Origin: Bispira polyomma
Lineage: Eukaryota
DNA length: 64,000 nucleotides
Direction of reading: 5' to 3'
NCBI GenBank assembly: GCA_965649765.1
Contig: OZ287756.1
Location: 10,912,001-10,976,000 of the forward strand
This document shows positions 60,157 to 64,000 of the stretch, piece after piece. A model generated the notes under the pieces. It was not told the DNA's origin, ran no database searches, and saw only the letters and a list, made by a program, of their open reading frames with translations. Each line of letters starts with the position of its first letter. The stretch's first letter is position 1. The position numbers and the translations under genes are program-made.

Positions 60157-63100
60157 ACAATAATTTTATTTAGTAAACTATTATAACAATATATGAATTG
60201 ATTAATTTACCCATGGGTTATATCTTTACTGCATTCTCTGTAGCAAGTTCCTTGGCTTCAATAGCGCCTAACAACACAAATAGAATTACATCTGTATCAC
60301 TGTTATTTATGTAAAGCTCAAAGAAAAAACAACTAAAAACGAATTCAAAATTGCTTGGTAACACCCAAATTGTAAATAAGACATGAACATTACCTTTTGA
60401 CAAAGTATGTATTCAACTGAATTACAAAAGTAAATTAACATATAAAGGTTACCTTTTGCGTTAAAAATTTGTACATGTACTTAAAATGTTACATTTTTGA
60501 GATCATATTTAAATCTATTTTAAAAGTTTGACCTTGTACAAATTAATCCAATTCAGATCTTTCGTAATAATGTTTAATGTTAGAATCCGGGAAATAGGCA
60601 TGTTGGAAAAAATGCTTGGTGGAAAAAATACCTGGTAGAAAAAAAGCCTGGTCTGTTTTGAAAAAAACGTGTGTTTGTCTTTTTTATCAGACAAGATAAA
60701 AAGCACAGGCAGGACTATTGATTTTTTTTTATTGTGGCTTGTTTTATGTGCATGTATGTTTCTGAAGTATGTGTTTTGATTAAAGAAGTAGTTGCACAAG
60801 GTGTACAAGTCCATGTGTATCCCAGAGAACCACAAACAAATCTCAGCACATGGCAGTAAACAGCTCCCACTTCTGGGGTTAGAGAGATAATTCCCCTTTT
60901 TCTGGGAAATCCGACCTTTCTCTGCACAACAAATATCCACCATTGTTGCTCTTGTTTTTCAAGTCATCTGGTGGCACGGGTTATGTGTGTGGAGGACTGT
61001 GTGTGTTTTACTCCATAAGAAAATACATATATGTTTTTGCCATGGTCAAAATTTGTTAATCTTTTGTTTCAATGTTCTTGTTACTGAAATAACTTGTGCT
61101 TAAATATCCACTGGTGAGTAGCCATAAGTGTCTTTATAAGTGTTAGCATTTAGAAAACTTTAAAGGAATGTTTTAAATAAAAATGCATGAATCTGCTAAT
61201 GCACATGTAGTTAGCTGACAGTTATTACTCCCACTCCAAAAGTTTAACTATATAATAGGCTGCACTGATAATTTTCAAATACTTTATTAATAAGCTGTAT
61301 TGAAATGTATCCCACCTATAAGTGTAATAGAAATTTCGATGCTAAATGTCTTGGTAATGATACATAGTGTATTCAAACTTAGCCAGTAATGTATACTAAA
61401 TACATAAAAGTAATGCATACTAAATACACGAAATATAAATTGTAAACCTTTTTATTTTTATGATCCAACTTATCAAATAACTATACAACCAATATCACTG
61501 TAGAGATACATGTATTATACTTTACAGTCTTTTAAAGGTCTTTTTAATTATAATTAAACTTCTATTCGTAGTAAGACCTTTTTGCTTGCAATATACCCTG
61601 CTAAGTGGATATCACACTAAAGTTTTTCTAAATGTTTTTTTACAGTACTATTAATCCACATCATTTTTTCCAGTTTCCAGTTTTAGTTCTCATCTTACCC
61701 AAAAGAACTTTGTTCCATAGTTTTTAACTTTGTTCGATGTATATGGCACAGGCAAAAATCAAGACTGATGATCTTGTTAAACCATCACCCTATGGGCGTA
61801 ATAAAAGTTTTAATCTCGCAAGAAATTTTATCGGTGAAACTAAAATGTTCCTCTTTATTAAAAGAGAGCATTTGAAGTTTCAGATTGAGGCATTTTATTT
61901 ATATATACAGTATGGATGACAACCTATGATTGTAACTATTTTTTTATAAAGCATTTTGCTTTTGGTTTGTCTGTCCGTCTATAACACTCAGATGGAGGAT
62001 AAACTGACATATTTTTATTCAAGTTGGGAATATGGTAGCTTTCCAAAACTTACCTAAGCATTAAATCACACAATAGACTAGACAAAGTTTTGAATATCTG
62101 GAAAAAAATATGAAATTTAAAAATTTGTTGGGACTTCGAAATTTGGACTTAGGCTCTGGATGGACACTGGATGGAGGAAAAACTCTTAAAATCTGATTTT
62201 TTTTTATTTACTGTGACCTTGAACTTGGTCCCTTTATGGACAATGTGGCCGATACTCACCTATATTTTTTCAACCTAAGAATATTTTTGTAAAACCATTT
62301 AAACACACCTTACTCTAAAAAAGTATAAATATCCAGAAAAAAATGTTAGTTTTTGTCCCTGACCTATAAGGATACGCCCGGACCTTCAAGTCGGGAAGAT
62401 CGGGGACCAAATCGGCATAGTGGAACCACTATTTTAGAAAAAATATCTGTGTAAAAAACCCTGGATTGAATCCATAGATCTGTATTTGACCGAGTGGATC
62501 TGTATACGGCTGTGTGTGTTTATACCTTTAGTGTTATGAGCAGAATCAACCCAAAGAACTTTATTTGCTGTCACAGGGACCATATGACCAAAGTCTAAAT
62601 ATTTAAGGCCAAAATCAAAGACCAAATCTCCAGCTTAATACTATTATAAGACCAAGACCTTTTGTAAATAAGGCCTCTGTGTGTGTTAGCTGTGCACTGA
62701 ATCTACATGTTTATTACTGAGGTAATAACACTGGGAAGTTTGTATACTGATTTATAGTGGTAATAGAAGATTTAAACAGTTACAAATTATTTGCTAAAAT
62801 TGATCAAGTGATATTATTGGGACAAAGCTGTACAGATTAATTGGATAAATTCACCACTCTGTATTCTGTAGTCTTCTGATGTCATGTGTAACACCTTCAT
62901 TTAAAACAGAAGGGGCAGTATGAGATTCAAAGTGAGACTTTAATCCACCATCATTTTGACCTGTACTATTTTTATCATGATCACTGTCACTACTTGTTAT
63001 CCTAATATTATCATCAGAATCAAATAATTGTATGTTTGACAAATAGTTTTCAACAGACAAGTTAACACCTCTGTAATATGAAATATATGTGAAGGTTTAA

Positions 63101-63618
63101 AAATCAAATGTATATGACTGTAGAATAGAAGCTTTTTATTTCCTAAAACAGGAATACGCTAACTTATCACACACAATATTGTAGACAAATCCAAACAAAC
63201 TTTCTGTGCATACTAATGACATTTTAATCTACAGAAATAGGCTGACCATAAAGACTAAGCCTTTTCCCTGGCACACAGGGGGAAGACAAGAGGGCAGAGG
63301 GGTTAGAGGCTTGTATAGCAGCAAAAAGGGGGAGACTGAGCTAATTATGATTTCACCAAGGCCCACATTTAAAAAAGAGTGGGACACTGGACAAAGTTTT
63401 ATAAGAAAAAAAACAATCAATCATCTTTGCCTTAGCAACGGAAGGCCCTCCACCTGAATGACATAAAATGGGCCATAACTACATAAAAAAGATATAGAAC
63501 CTCACAAAATTAGCTGTATACAGGCCAACTCCTAACAGTTTCTGATTCTAGCTTGTCCTCACAAATATTTTGGTGCGTGAGCCTATATATGTGATAAAGT
63601 AAACTTGCAAATTCACCT

Positions 63619-63835
63619 AAAAGTACATGCTGTGTGCGTGCGGGTGTGAGGATTTGCACCACACAATACCTATGGTAAAAAAAGTACATGCTGTGTGCGT
63701 GCAGGTGTGTGGATTTGCTTCACACAATACCAATGGTAAAAAAGTACATGCGGTGTGTGGAGTTTCTTCACAAAATACCTATGGTGAAAAAGTACATGAT
63801 GTGTATGTGGGAGTGTAGAGTTGCTTCACACAACA
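63619..63835 (+). repeat. ~50-62 bp tandem repeat, about 4 copies
   Basis: AAAGTACATGCTGTGTG...CACACAATACCTATGGTAAAA. Confidence 0.8.
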
Positions 63836-64000
63836 CCAAGTTCCCTGAGAACAATCTATACTCCCAGTTACTGGAGTAGTTTGATATGTTCAATTGCTCC
63901 CATTGAATATGTATGACTTGCTGTGCTTTACTGAAGGCCCACTGTAAACTGTATTTTCAGTGAATGTCCACAAATATTGTAATATTAAGGGCTGTGTTAA

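Noticed and set aside
60515-61050. Cys-rich minus-strand ORFs as a piggyBac C-terminal domain
   Set aside because: Cys spacing is unconvincing, and no paired TTAA-flanked TIRs could be identified.

Overview
AT-rich eukaryotic genomic DNA with GT-AG introns and abundant TEs, most consistent with a marine invertebrate (taxon is inference). Three host genes can be built by eye. (1) A 9-exon selenoprotein J / J1-crystallin gene (ADP-ribosylglycohydrolase fold; + strand, 837-14201, 345 codons) with an in-frame TGA at 10956-10958 and a type II SECIS about 2 kb downstream of the stop (16211-16293). (2) An intronless RING-H2 E3-ligase-like ORF (- strand, 18990-20690). (3) A two-exon Toll-like receptor (+, 44050-44175 and 48147-50663) whose 5' part carries two compensating frameshifts. 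The rest is mostly mobile DNA: a Ginger1 transposon with TIRs and CCGG TSD, two Ngaro/DIRS tyrosine-recombinase retroelements, an Academ-like element, L2, Tx1, RTE and RTE-X-like LINE pieces, tRNA-derived SINEs, MITEs and minisatellites. The most unusual structure is just 3' of the Sec codon: the 3' splice site plus the first ~45 nt of exon 8 is tandemly repeated 7 times, and only the last copy gives a full-length protein. A young L2 with a poly(A) signal in the same intron, a second duplicated acceptor at exon 9 and poly(A) signals upstream of the SECIS add further possible RNA-level controls on this selenoprotein.
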